From Octopus sinensis (taxonomy: Eukaryota), in NCBI RefSeq assembly GCF_006345805.1, contig NC_043008.1:10602001-10666000 (forward strand): 64,000 nucleotides of DNA, read 5' to 3'. This document shows positions 1 to 11,600 of this stretch, in pieces. The first letter of the stretch is position 1. Each line of letters starts with the position of its first letter. The notes under the pieces were generated by a model that did no database searches, was not told where the DNA came from, and saw nothing but the letters and a program-made list of their open reading frames with translations. The position numbers and the translations under genes were made by a program.

Positions 1-59
1 CAGAATAAATATTGTTGGCAATAAATAGATATTCTCTCCAAACAATGGACAGATTTTAT

Positions 60-305
60 TATGCTGTACCAAGCGTGTTGATTGGAGGATGTGTAAAGTT
101 GGTACACTGGATATGTTCATGAATGACAGAACATGGTTTAACTGGGGACCAAGTAATACAAATGGAAGGAACCCGTGGCAGAGAAAGAGATGGGAAGAAA
201 TAATGAAGGCTGATCTCAGGGGATTGAACCTCTTGTAGGTTATGACAAAGGGTTGCCATAAGACCATTGCAACCCTCGCCAGCATGAGACCCCCCCATGA
301 TGATT
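60..305 (+). mobile_element. Decayed RTE-clade LINE 3' end
   Basis: Broken translation EGTRGR...WEEIMKADLRGLNL, typical of the RTE RT C-terminus. Ends ccagcatg...atgatgat. Confidence 0.55.
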
Positions 306-361
306 ATCGTGTCGGACATGCTATTTTCATTGTGTCGTCTAAATCACTAAGTTACAAAATA

Positions 362-620
362 GTTTTCTCGGTGGCACGTAAAAAGCACCATCCGACCATG
401 GCCGTTTGCCAGCCCCGTCTGGCACCTGTGCCGGTGGCACGTAAAAAGCACCCACTACACTCACGGAGTGGTTTGCGTTAGGAAGGGCACCCAGCTGTAG
501 AAAGATTGCCAGATCAGATTGGAGTCTGGTGCAGCCTTATGGCTTTCCAGACCCCAGTTGAACCGTCCAACCCATGCCAGCATGGAAAGCGGACACTAAA
601 TGATGATGAGGATGATGATG
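362..620 (+). mobile_element. SINE-like family C (internal ggtggcacgtaaaaagcacc repeats, GAT tail)
   Basis: Core gttaggaagggcacccagctgtagaaa and tail catggaaagcggac..aaatgatgatga. The same family recurs more than 8 times in the window. Confidence 0.8.
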
Positions 621-1778
621 ATTGCATCTTTTAAAAACTTATTTTTAGCATTATGAACAAAATTATTTCTTGCCTTCTGAACTAAGTTGCTTCTTCAAAG
701 CATCTAGGTCTTACATTCACTTTGCTGTGGACCCTAGTCTAAAATTTTAAACTGTTTTATTTCAAGTTTGAAACATTTCTTGCTGTATTTTGTTGGATTC
801 TGAATGTTAGATCATTGGGACATAGAAGCTCCCATTGAACTTCAGCGGACAGGTACCTCTATGTTAAATTTCTGACAGGTTGCCGTCTATTCTTGTTGTA
901 TTGTTAACTCCCTTCATATGTGTATCCTAAATAACCCTCACTTATCAATCAGCTAGGCCTTTTCATTTCTGAGAATACTTCCTTGTCTGAAATCTATTAG
1001 GTTTTCTGTATTGTATATCAGGATTCTCATCTTTCTAATAAACTGCTAATGAAACTTACTTTATATCCTGTAAAACTTATTTATGCTCAGTGAAATTTTC
1101 CTCATAACCAGGAATGGAACTTCACATGTCAAATTAGTTTATCAACTTAACGCTTGCATAAAATTATTTGGAATAAATCTCATTTTTCTATTGTTTACAG
1201 TTGATGTTTAAAGTTGTTTTTATTGTTGTTTTGTTATATAGTTCAGTGATTAAAGTATTGCGAGCCTGGTGCAGCCTCCTGGCTTGCCAGTCCCCAGTGA
1301 AATCTTCCAACCCATGCCTGCTTGGAAGACGAACATTAAATGGTGATGATGATGTTTATAACTTTTCTAAGTTCATTAGTTAAAAATCTGATCTGCACTG
1401 TTGCCCTCTGACAAGAGTTGAAATGGCTGAGTGGATCAGCTAATGAATTATTGCCTCGTGCTTTGTAAGTTCAACTCATTCACAGGGGTTTAACAGTGTT
1501 TTCTCTGCAGGAATAATTAATTCTACTATATCTTATTTCACCTATCATTAACTCCTTTCGACTATATTTCTAACAGAAATTCATCATTGATAGATGTCAA
1601 TTAAATTCTAAAATAATTAAGAACTTAGCTAGGTTTTGTGAAACATCTAACTTGCCATTTTCATAGTCATGTAAATGGGATATGGAATAAAAGCTTACAA
1701 ACATTTCTTAAATCTGTAACAGAATTTTCATTTCAAATTTGTTCAAATTACAAGTGAATTCAGTAACTAGTAACATAT

Positions 1779-1944
1779 AGGCGTAGGAGTGGCTGTGTGG
1801 TAAGTAGCTTGCTTACCAACCACATGGTTCCGGGTTCAGTTCCACTGCATGGCATCTTGGGCAAGTGTCTTCTACTATAGCCTCGGGCCGACCAAAGCCT
1901 TGTGAGTGGATTTGGTAGGCGGAAACTGAAAGAAGCCCGCCGTA

Positions 1945-1989
<45 letters not shown>

Positions 1990-2191
1990 TTGTGTATGTG
2001 TTTGTTCCCCCAACATCGCTTGACAACTGATGCTGGTGTGTTTACATCCCCGAAACTTAGCGGTTCGGCAAAAGAGACCAATAGAATAAGTACTAGGCTT
2101 ACAAAGAATAAGTCCTGGGGTCGATTTGGTCGACTAAAGGCGGTGCTTCAGCATGGCCACAGTCAAAATGACTGAAATAAGTAAAAGAGTA
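1779..2191 (+). mobile_element. tRNA-derived SINE family A (CORE-like, internal TA/TG microsatellite)
   Basis: Head ggagtggctgtgtggtaag...gggttcagttcc, core ccttgggcaagtgtc, tail cagtcaaaatgactgaaataagtaaaagag. Multiple copies in the window. Confidence 0.85.
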
Positions 2192-2242
2192 TATTACAAG
2201 TGTGCTACTGTGTCATACACATGTTGCTAAACTAAGTAAGTT

Positions 2243-2273
<31 letters not shown>

Positions 2274-2859
2274 ACGCACACTTGTGCATGTATATACGTG
2301 TGGAGCAGGGTAATAGTTTGGGTTGGCTTGGTTCTACTTTCACTCTTATAGTTGTTTAGTTCTGGACTCTAGTTCCTAGAAATATTGTTGATCTTGATTA
2401 GTGGCTCTGTAAATAAAAGGTTGTGAGAGGTTGTTATATCAATAGCATAGATTGCTATGGGTGTTTGTGTAAATCAAAGCACACGGATGAATGAAAACTG
2501 AACATTCAGTGCCACAATATTCAGGATTATACTGACTTCTTTTCCAAAGCTGAAGTGTGACACACATTGCAGTGCTTTTAACCTATTTGGTATGATGCAT
2601 ATATTATGTATACAAACATTCTAGACTGTCTAACAATTCAGCTGATTGGTAAACTCTAACATAAAAACATAATGCAGCCATTACTACACTACTGTGCTGT
2701 GTTTGCCGTCTGTTTTTCTTTTTCTTGTTCTTCATCTAAGTCTACTAAACACAACTTCCATTAGCCTAGCTAACTTCTCAATCCCCATTAAACATTTGTT
2801 CTAGCATTGCAGCTCTCTGGAATCGTCTCTTGCTTATATTTTTCTTTTACATTATTTAC

Positions 2860-2993
2860 ATTTGATGGATATTTGTCCTCATCTTGTTTGTTGTTAACAC
2901 AACATTTTGGCTGATATACCCTCCAGCCTTCATCAGGTGTCTTGGGGGAAATTTCGAACCTGGGTTATCATTCCTAAGGTATTTTTTCGATGC

Positions 2994-3040
<47 letters not shown>

Positions 3041-3085
3041 TCACTGTCTGGAATCGAACTTGGAATCTTAACCACTATGCCATAT
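2860..3085 (-). mobile_element. tRNA-headed SINE-like family F, copy 1 (hammerhead-like motif at 2896-2941)
   Basis: Reverse complement of the 3086-3490 copy. The head has A box tagtggttaa and B box gttcgattcc. Internal (AAT)n. Confidence 0.75.
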
Positions 3086-3490
3086 GCCGGGCTGGTTAAG
3101 AGCACAGGCTACTAACCCCAAGATTCTGAGTTCTATTCCTGATAGTGACCTGAATAATAATAATAATAAATAATATGATAAATAATAATAATAAATAATA
3201 TAATAATAAATAATAATGAATAATAAAAATAATGAATAATAATAATAATAAATAATAATAATAAATAAATAATAATAACAATTAATAATAATAAATAAAT
3301 AATAATAATAATAATACCAGCAGCAGCAGCATCAAAAAAATACCTTAGGAATGAGAACTGAGGTTCTAAATTTCCCCAAGACACCTGATGAAGGCAGGAG
3401 GGTATATCAGCCGAAGCATTGTGTTAACAACAAACAAGATGGGGACAAATATCCGTCAAATATAAATAATGTACATAATTCCTCATCTCT
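3086..3490 (+). mobile_element. tRNA-headed SINE-like family F, copy 2 (hammerhead-like motif at 3380-3425)
   Basis: Head tggttaagagcacaggctactaaccccaagattctgagttctattcc, expanded (AAT)n, then cctgatgaaggcagg...cagccgaagcattgtgtt. Confidence 0.75.
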
Positions 3491-4244
3491 TAAATATAGA
3501 ACTGTATGATATTTTTCTGTTAGATATCTCCGTACGGAAGTTCAGTTTCAACATCAATTATGTTAAGCTCTCTTGTCTGAGAGGTACAGCAAAAAAAATA
3601 GGGTTACAGCCTTTCCTCTTTTATCTGAGTCATGAAATGGTAATTTTTGCTGGGCTACCAACCAACCAACCATTCAGAATTCCATTGAGTCCAGACCTAA
3701 CTTCATTTATCTGTCTTCACTGTAGCTATGTGAGCCTTTAATTAAAAAAGAACATACTGCATAACAACACCTGTCTTAATTGACTGTGGGTGCTCTAAGT
3801 ACTCTCTACATAGTTGATTGTGCATGAGTATAGAACAGATGAAAGTCTGGTATATCCAGTGAAATCTCTCCAACAGTTTGATTGGCATTTTTTTTTCTGT
3901 GTACATAAATGTCTACTTGAATCTGGTTGACGTGAAGTGTTCAGCAGCAATAGCATAATGCTTAATATTGTTCCTGTTAGCTGCTTGTTCACCCTGTCTT
4001 AGTGTGTGTTTTGAAATAATAAAATATATTTCGTATACATATATATATGACTAAACATTATTACTCTTGCTTAATTATGGCATAGGACTAAAAAGAAACA
4101 ATGTAATTCAGCTATGGAAAGTTGTGTGCTATTTTCATCAACCAAAAAAAAAAAAAAAAAAAAAAAAAAGGCCAAAATACTTTGCCTTTCATCTATGTAT
4201 ACTCAAACAGGATGTGTGTGTAGATAGGTATATGTGTGTGGTTC

Positions 4245-4664
4245 AAGGCGGCGAGCTGGCAGAAACGTTAGCACGCTGGGCGAAATGTGTAGCGGTATTT
4301 CGTCTGCCATTACGTTCTGAGTTCAAATTTCGCCGAGGCCGACTTTGCCTTTCATCCTTTCGGGGTCGATAAATTAAGTACCAGTTTCGCACTGGGGTCG
4401 ATAGAATCGACTTAATCCGTTTGTCTGTCCTTGTTCATCCCTTCAATGTGTAGCCCCTTGTGGGTAGTAAAGAAATAGGTATTTCGTCTGCCATTACATT
4501 CTGAATTCAAATTCCGCCGATGTCGACTTTGCCTTTCATCCTTCCGGGGTCGATAAATTAAGTACCAGTTACGCACTGGGGTCGATATAATCGACTTAAT
4601 CCGTTTGTCTGTCCTTGTTTGTCCTCTCTGTGTTTAGCCCCTTGTGGGTAGTAAAGAAATAGGT
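4245..4664 (+). mobile_element. tRNA-derived SINE family B, dimeric
   Basis: Head ggcggcgagctggcagaaacgttagc, B box gagttcaaatt, core ctttcatcctttcggggtcgataaattaagtacc. The ~180 bp body is present twice. Confidence 0.85.
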
Positions 4665-5789
4665 ATATGTGTGCGTCTGATTTGCTAATGTAACACTATT
4701 TCTGTTTGTATATGTATATCTGTATGAATGGCTTTGTATGTGTGTGTATTTATACATGCACACGTATATTTTTGTTAACGAGGAGACAGCATAACAATCA
4801 GCTTATGTTGTAATTTTTTATGTGGATTCATTAGTACATAAGTTAACGTTTCCTTTTGACAACTGCGTTCCTTCAGATGTGCAGAATTGTGTACACACAC
4901 ACACACACACACATTTTCTCTCATTGTCTGCCTATCTCACACACACACACAAGTGTTTGTATGTACACTTCCACATCCACACACTCAAAATACATCCATA
5001 AAATATATCTACATAGATAAATCTGTGTATGCACTCAGATTGACATTGATAAAATATATTCACACATAAATACTTGTGTGTGTACTATGTTCATACAAAA
5101 ATATCCATACAGTGACACATGTACATGTCTTTAGACATTTGAATAATGCTTATAAAAAATGCTTTTTTTTTTAATTTACTCAAACATGTGATTAGTTTTG
5201 ACTTGATTTCCTTTGTAAGATATCTGACAGCATTTGTTTGTGAAAATGAATAAAAAGTTACCTATGTATAGGTCTTCACCTATCTGACAATGACCTGAAC
5301 TTGTAGTTGGATAGCTACTATATTAAATTATAGATTTATTCTGTTGGCCTATATCCTATCCTGTTTAGTGACCAAGTAGCCAATGTTTGAATGTATTGTT
5401 GCTGCCGGTCTGTTAATCTATGGTCTATTTCACACCTTTAGCCATCAGGAAAAGCAAAGCTCTTAACCTTTTCCCTCAGTTTCTCTTCATGCTTTATTTG
5501 GGTTAAAAATAGAAATTGCTGAGATCATTGTAATATTTATTAGTTGTTATACTGTTATAATTGATGGTTTTCTACTGAGAATTACATACAAACAATTACT
5601 ACCATTTTGCCTACATCTGTCTCAATTGATAATTATACTATTGTTTTACAGCTTATCTGAATTAATTTTTGTTGTCTAAATTGAGTTTTAGCTTTTTTAA
5701 TTTCGTAATCATAAAATAAAATTAAAACTCATATACCATTTTTTTGTAAATTTTTCTTTGTAATAACAAATTGATTATGAAATAACACA

Positions 5790-5850
5790 AAACGGCGGTG
5801 CCCCAGCATGGCCACAGCTCGTGAGCTGAAACTAGATAAAATAAAAAAAA
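5790..5850 (+). mobile_element. Isolated CR1-like LINE 3' tail
   Basis: ggcggtgccccagcatggccacagctcgtgagctgaaactagataaaataaaa, nearly identical to the tail of the LINE copy at 20810-20865. Confidence 0.75.
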
Positions 5851-6398
5851 TATAAAAAATCATTGTTTTTCCTTTTATCTTTTGTTGTTAAATATTAACG
5901 AGCATTCTGAATATCCAAAAGAATATAGTAGGATATAATAAGGAATTTATTAAATTTTATTGATAAACGATGGTATTTGTTAGGATTATATGGAAATATG
6001 CTATGTGAGCCCTTAATCCAGACAAGCATTGGAAAAATGAATGGTAAATCAATATTTAATAATGATGATGTACAGTTCAGCAATATGATGGGGGATGGAG
6101 AAATGGGGTAACATACTAAGATGTTTATATTTATATATCAATAGGTCAGTGATGTTGGTGTAATTTTGTTTGATGTACTTGATTATCAAAACACTGTGCA
6201 ATCATTGTCACATTATTCATCATATTTCCTGTGTGGAGAGAATTTCTTCACAATTATATTTGTGTCTAATAGCTTTTACAACCTGTTATGAATTCACTGA
6301 TGATGATGATGTAAATTACACCACACACTATAACTACAAATCTGAGGTTGGAAAGGACAAACATATCCACTCTGGCTCTTTTTTCTTGTATTGTTTAA

Positions 6399-6619
6399 CC
6401 CTTTAGTGTTCAGATTACTCTGTTAAATGTAATGCTTATTTATTTTAATTGTTTTGAATTAATCATGCATTACCTTATAGCTTTGAGGTTTCAATGATGT
6501 GAATATTTATTTTTAGAATGTCACTGTAGGTTAGGTGTGAGAGGCTAGATATGGCTAGTTCAAATATAAAACATGTAGAATATATTGGGCCGGATTTGGC
6601 CAGTTTAAACACTAAAGGG
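6399..6619. mobile_element. piggyBac-type MITE
   Basis: TTAA|CCCTTTAGTGTT ... AACACTAAAGGG|TTAA: 12-bp TIRs and TTAA target duplication. Confidence 0.8.
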
Positions 6620-6627
6620 TTAATATC

Positions 6628-6937
6628 TGGCACTCAATAAGCACCATTCATGCCTGGGTTGTTGACAGTGTTACCTGACTGGCTCCCCATGCCGGTAGCA
6701 CGTAAAATGCACCATTCGAATGTGGTCGATGTCAGCCCCCTTGCCCCAACTGGCCCCTGTGCTGGTAGCACGTAAAATGCACCATCCGAAGGTGGTCGAT
6801 GTCAGCCCCCTTGCCCTAACTGGCCCCTGTGCCGGTAGCACGTAAAAAGCACCATCCAAACATAGCTGATGCAAGTGCTGCCTGACTGGCTCCTGTGCTG
6901 GTGGCACGTAAAAAGCACCCACTACACTCTCGTTAGG
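6628..6937 (+). mobile_element. SINE family C with 3-4 internal ~58 bp repeats, 3'-truncated
   Basis: Tandem gtagcacgtaaaatgcaccatccga units. Breaks off at gttagga, where unrelated GC-rich sequence begins. Confidence 0.75.
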
Positions 6938-7899
6938 ATGACTTGTCGGAGGGAGGTGATTCTGCACTGGTGTCGCACCGAATTGTTGGAGACAAAGTGA
7001 TGCCATTGGACACGAAGGATGTGGCGTAGACAGAGGTGATCGAAGGATTCTAGTCGCTTAATATCTTCCACCCTCATTGGCCATGACTCGCTGCCGAGTC
7101 AGGTCACTTCGAGTGCTACTGGTAGCATGTAACCCAGTAAAACCTGTTGCATGGTCGGGCTGTCGGCGACTAAACCGGCAACCCCACCAAGCTTGCTTGG
7201 TGGGGAGGGTGTTTATTGGACACCCTGCGGGATGAAAAACAAAACCCGTCAAAGGGCGGAGGAACTCTTGAGAGTCAATGGCCATCCAATAAATGTGTAA
7301 TTATATATCACCTCATCGTGGAAAATCTACAGCAAACAAGACATTCTCCCAACAGGGATATACTTGGGGCTGGGGACCGCTAGCAAACTTCCTATTCTCA
7401 AGATCCTTCAAATATTCCTCATATTCCAAAAAAAAAAAAATATTTTTCTGTCTTTCAACAGTGCATTTTCAACTTCTTTTTTCTATATTTCTACCCGTGT
7501 GGAATAAAATAACTTTGTTTTCTAAATATATATATATATTCACATCACTCTTGTCATACTATTTGTAGAATTGAACATTTCATGTTATTACGGTGCCATT
7601 ATAATTACGGTAAAATTATTTAACTGTTAATGATCTAATTCTTCTACCTGTAAATTCGTATTCTGAAAGATAATTCATTTTTTCTCACATTTATTAGAGA
7701 CCCTGCAAAACTGAAAGTTTTGTGGTAATGACAATGAAGTTAAATGATTTGTATTGAATGCGTGTCTCATTGTGTGGGTTTGCTGGGTTCAAATCTGAGG
7801 AATTAGTGTGTTTGTGTAATATTACTATCATGGATTGAAACAAAAATTCCTCAAGTCTTGAAGCTTGTAATAACTTCCAGCAGACCATAGTACTATTCC

Positions 7900-8290
7900 T
7901 GTGGAGGCGCAATAGCCCAGTGGTTAGGGCAGCGGACTCGCGGTCGTAGGATCGCGGTTTTGATTCCCAGACCGGGCGTTGTGAGTGTTTATTGAGCGAA
8001 AACACCTAAAGCTCCACGAAGCTCCGGCAGGGATGGTGGTGATCCCTGCTGTACTCTTTCACCACAACTTTCTCTCACTCTTACTTCCTGTTTCTGTTGT
8101 ACCTGTATTTCAAAGGGCCGGCCTTGTCACTCTCTGTGTCACGCTGAATATCCCCGAGAACTACATTAAGGGTACACGTGTCTGTGGAGTGCTCAGCCAC
8201 TTACACGTTAATTTCACAAGCAGGCTGTTCCATTGATCGGATCAACCGGAACCCTCGTCGTGACCGACGGAGTGCTTCCATCCAGTACTA
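7900..8290 (+). mobile_element. tRNA-derived SINE family D
   Basis: Head ggaggcgcaatagcccagtggttagggcagcggactcg...gattccc. The head and core are shared with 16936-17170 and 47545-47825. Confidence 0.8.
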
Positions 8291-8535
8291 TTCCTAGGAC
8301 TTGCAATAACCATTTTCCCATTCCTTCTTTCTGGAATTCTTTTCCAACACACTTCAGTTTGTTCTTGCATCAGTCTTACTGCAAAAGATCCATCCACAGT
8401 TCCCTAGAGACTAAAGAAAAGTCAATAAAATAATAGAGAAGTAAATTAAAACAGCTTAATCTACATCAAACATGCTTTTGAAAAAATGTAAAAATATTTT
8501 ATTTGAGATTTTTTTTCTTTTTAAAAATTTTTTAG

Positions 8536-8614
8536 TACAAATTACCCAGGTGATTACCACTTCGAAATATCTTTTGCACAACCCTCAAAGGAAACAAAAT
8601 CAACTACTTGGACA
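8536..8614 (+). CDS. TP63: p53-family exon: start of DNA-binding domain, L1 loop ([26 protein letters not shown])
   Basis: Acceptor ttttag| and donor |gtaagt. The translation matches the p53-family YPG.Y.F...F..KS.TWT motif. Too short to appear in the ORF track. Confidence 0.93.
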
Positions 8615-11600
8615 GTAAGTAATATTTTCTTGATTGTATTATGAATATATTTATTATAATCTTATGAGATAATGTTGTAATTGTTTTATCTGTTAAATTA
8701 CGTAAATTTCATGAAAAATCAATTCTCTAACATCTTGTGTGGTGAAGCATGTCTTTTGTGTTGGAGGTAGATTTCGGATATACAAGATAAAAATGCATGA
8801 AAAGCAATATGAAAATATAAAGTGAGATATCCAACCCATGCCAGCATGGAACATGGATGTTAAGTGATGCTGACTGATATGGAAATGTGTGACTTTCATC
8901 CAAATTAAGATATACTGGGATGTTGTACGAAGTTGTTGAGGTGTTGTGAATTCAACATATTTTACTTACATCAGTTGTCTTTTTATTGTTGGATTGTATT
9001 CACTACTGCTAACCACTATTTTGAAGCAGGAATTAAATTATTGCTTGACAGATACCAAGTTATGTTGTTACTTTATATATATATATACAAAAATAAGCAA
9101 CAAGAATGACTCCGGTAATTTCTCTATAAAGTTACTACTTGATTTGAAAGCTTTTGTATTATTGGAAAACCTATGTAATTGGCTGATGAGCACTCAGCAT
9201 CTTAAATCTGCTGTAATACTTACAACTTTTAATAAAATGATGTAGTGCGAAACAATTGTACCAAATTACCGGAGTCATTCTTGTTGCTTACTTTGATTAT
9301 AATCACCCTGCAAATTTTTATGGATAACACCATACAAAATTCTGGTGCATCTAAATTAAGTACCGTATTTATATGAATCTAAAATGTTGCTGAACTTATA
9401 CATATATATATATATATATATATATAACAACTGTTAATGTTATAATTTGCTAAAATCCCTGTAACCAAAACCAACTAACAAAAGGATGAAAATCAATGCA
9501 CATTTTTTAAAATTTGACAATCTACAGAAACTTTGTTCGATACTCTTATACATCATGACTAAATTATATTGTTTGAATGAGTGTTGAATAAATCCTCTTA
9601 AAAAACGTAATCAAAAATTGATTGACAACATCAGAAGAACCTAATGATTAAGCTTGTTTTGGGCTGGTAGCCAGCATTGACACTTCCGGAGAGATTGTTC
9701 TTCAAATGTTGATTTGTTAAGCTTTGAACTACTTGTTAATGTTTGTTTAGTAGGACTGAACATCTATAGATAACTGAATAAAGCTCTTCATTCAATTTTT
9801 GTTGCTATAAATTATGTCAGACACTGATGTTCTGATTGCAGAATATAAAACACTTTACATCTTATTAATATTTTCACTTGCATTTCCATCTTTATTGCCT
9901 GTCTCCACTGTATCATTTGTTGACCACTGCTGACAACATGGCCTCCTACTTTCCTGCTTTCATTGATACTAATGTTGTCTTCACTCAAGGTGTCTTAAGG
10001 TCCCCTCATTTTAGCTGTATAATTATGTGGGTTTTGTTCAAAGAAACCCTATTAGTATAGTGTTCGATGTTATTTTCAGGACAGCCCTGATGAAGATCTA
10101 TAATGATAAGCGCAGGAGTAGCTTCTCTACCAACCACATGGTTTCGGGTTCAGTCCCACTGCGTGGCACCTTGGGCAAGTGTCCTCTACTATAGCCTCGG
10201 GCAGACCGAAGCCTTGTGAGTGGATTTGGTAGACGGAAACTGAAAGAAGCCTGTCGTATATATGTATATATATGTGTGCGTGTATGTTTGTGTTTGTCCC
10301 CCTAGCATTGCTTGACAACCGATGCTGGTGTGTTTATGTCCCCGTCACTTAGCGGTTCGATAAAAGAGACCGATAAAATAAGTACTGGGCTTACAAAGAA
10401 TAAGTCCGGGGTCGAGTTGCTCGATTAAAAAAAAAGGTGGTGCTCCAGCATGGCCGCAGTCAAATGACTGAAACTAGTAAAAGAGTAAAGGCATTCTAGC
10501 TGCAACTATTTTATCTTTTTATCTAGAACTACATTATCCAAAGTATTTCTTTTTTTTTTTAAGAAGGTAGTGTTTAATTTGAGATAGATTTGGCTGCAAT
10601 TTTTAGCAAGTTGAGATACCATGTAAAGGTTCCTATGTTTCCTTCTGTGTTGGCCATTTGTTGAGTAAGGTGTATACAATGCTGTAGTAGGTTGTGTTGT
10701 GTCACCCTCTGTTGTCTACCAACATTATGGTACCCCTATAAAGATGGTATTATCATCATCATCACCATCATTTAACGTCCATTTTCCAGGCCCAGTCTGA
10801 TCTGGCAGTGTTTCTACAGCTGGATGCCCTTCCTAACGCCAACCACTCCGAGAGTAGTGGGTGCTATTTATGTGCCACCTGCACAGGTGCCAGACGAGGC
10901 TGGCAAACGGCCACAATCGGATGGTGCTTTTTATGTGCCACCGGCACAGAGGCCAGTCGGCAACAGCCACATTCGGATGGTTCTCTTACGTGCCACCAGC
11001 ACTGGTATCTCAGCTACAATTTCCATTGATGTTGAAACATTTCGATTTCGATTTTCACTTGCCTCAACAGGTCTTCACAAGTAGGGTTTGTGTCACAGTT
11101 TATTTTTATACTGCAGTAGCTAAACATCATCACTTTCCTTGAATAAATTTCTTGCTTAATGTTCTATTTCTGTGAATGTAATACCGATTGATAACAATAT
11201 TATCTGCCTTAAGCATATCCATTACTTTTCTACATCACCAAAGGCATTCACATATAAAAAAAAGGTCTTTAAAATGACTTTGTACATAATTCTCTTTGTT
11301 AATAGATTCTGCTAATGTCTGATAAAATATAAATAAATCCCTAACAAAACATTAAAAAGTAATTAAGAGAAAGTTGAGCAGGTAGATATTTCTATCCTGT
11401 AATGATAGTTTCAATGTAGCTAGATTCGAAGTAAAAATTATAAAACGATTTAAATTAGTGTAAGATATTTTCAGTAATTATACACCAAATTCACGCATTA
11501 ATACATTTATCATCATCATCATCATCGTCGTTTAACGTCCGAATAATTATATATTTGTGCAAATAGAAATTAATATTAAAATATATTTCTTTCTCACAGT

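Noticed and set aside
811-852. Possible upstream exon ag|ATCATTGG...ACAG|gtacct (HWDIEAPIELQRT)
   Set aside because: Weak donor, no recognisable similarity to p53-family N-termini, and it cannot join the phase-2 acceptor at 8536 directly. I found no exon ending in the expected PSVPS-N in 1-8535.
6690-6920. Regularly spaced repeats superficially like a CRISPR array
   Set aside because: Eukaryotic DNA. The units are contiguous tandem repeats without unique spacers, inside a SINE.
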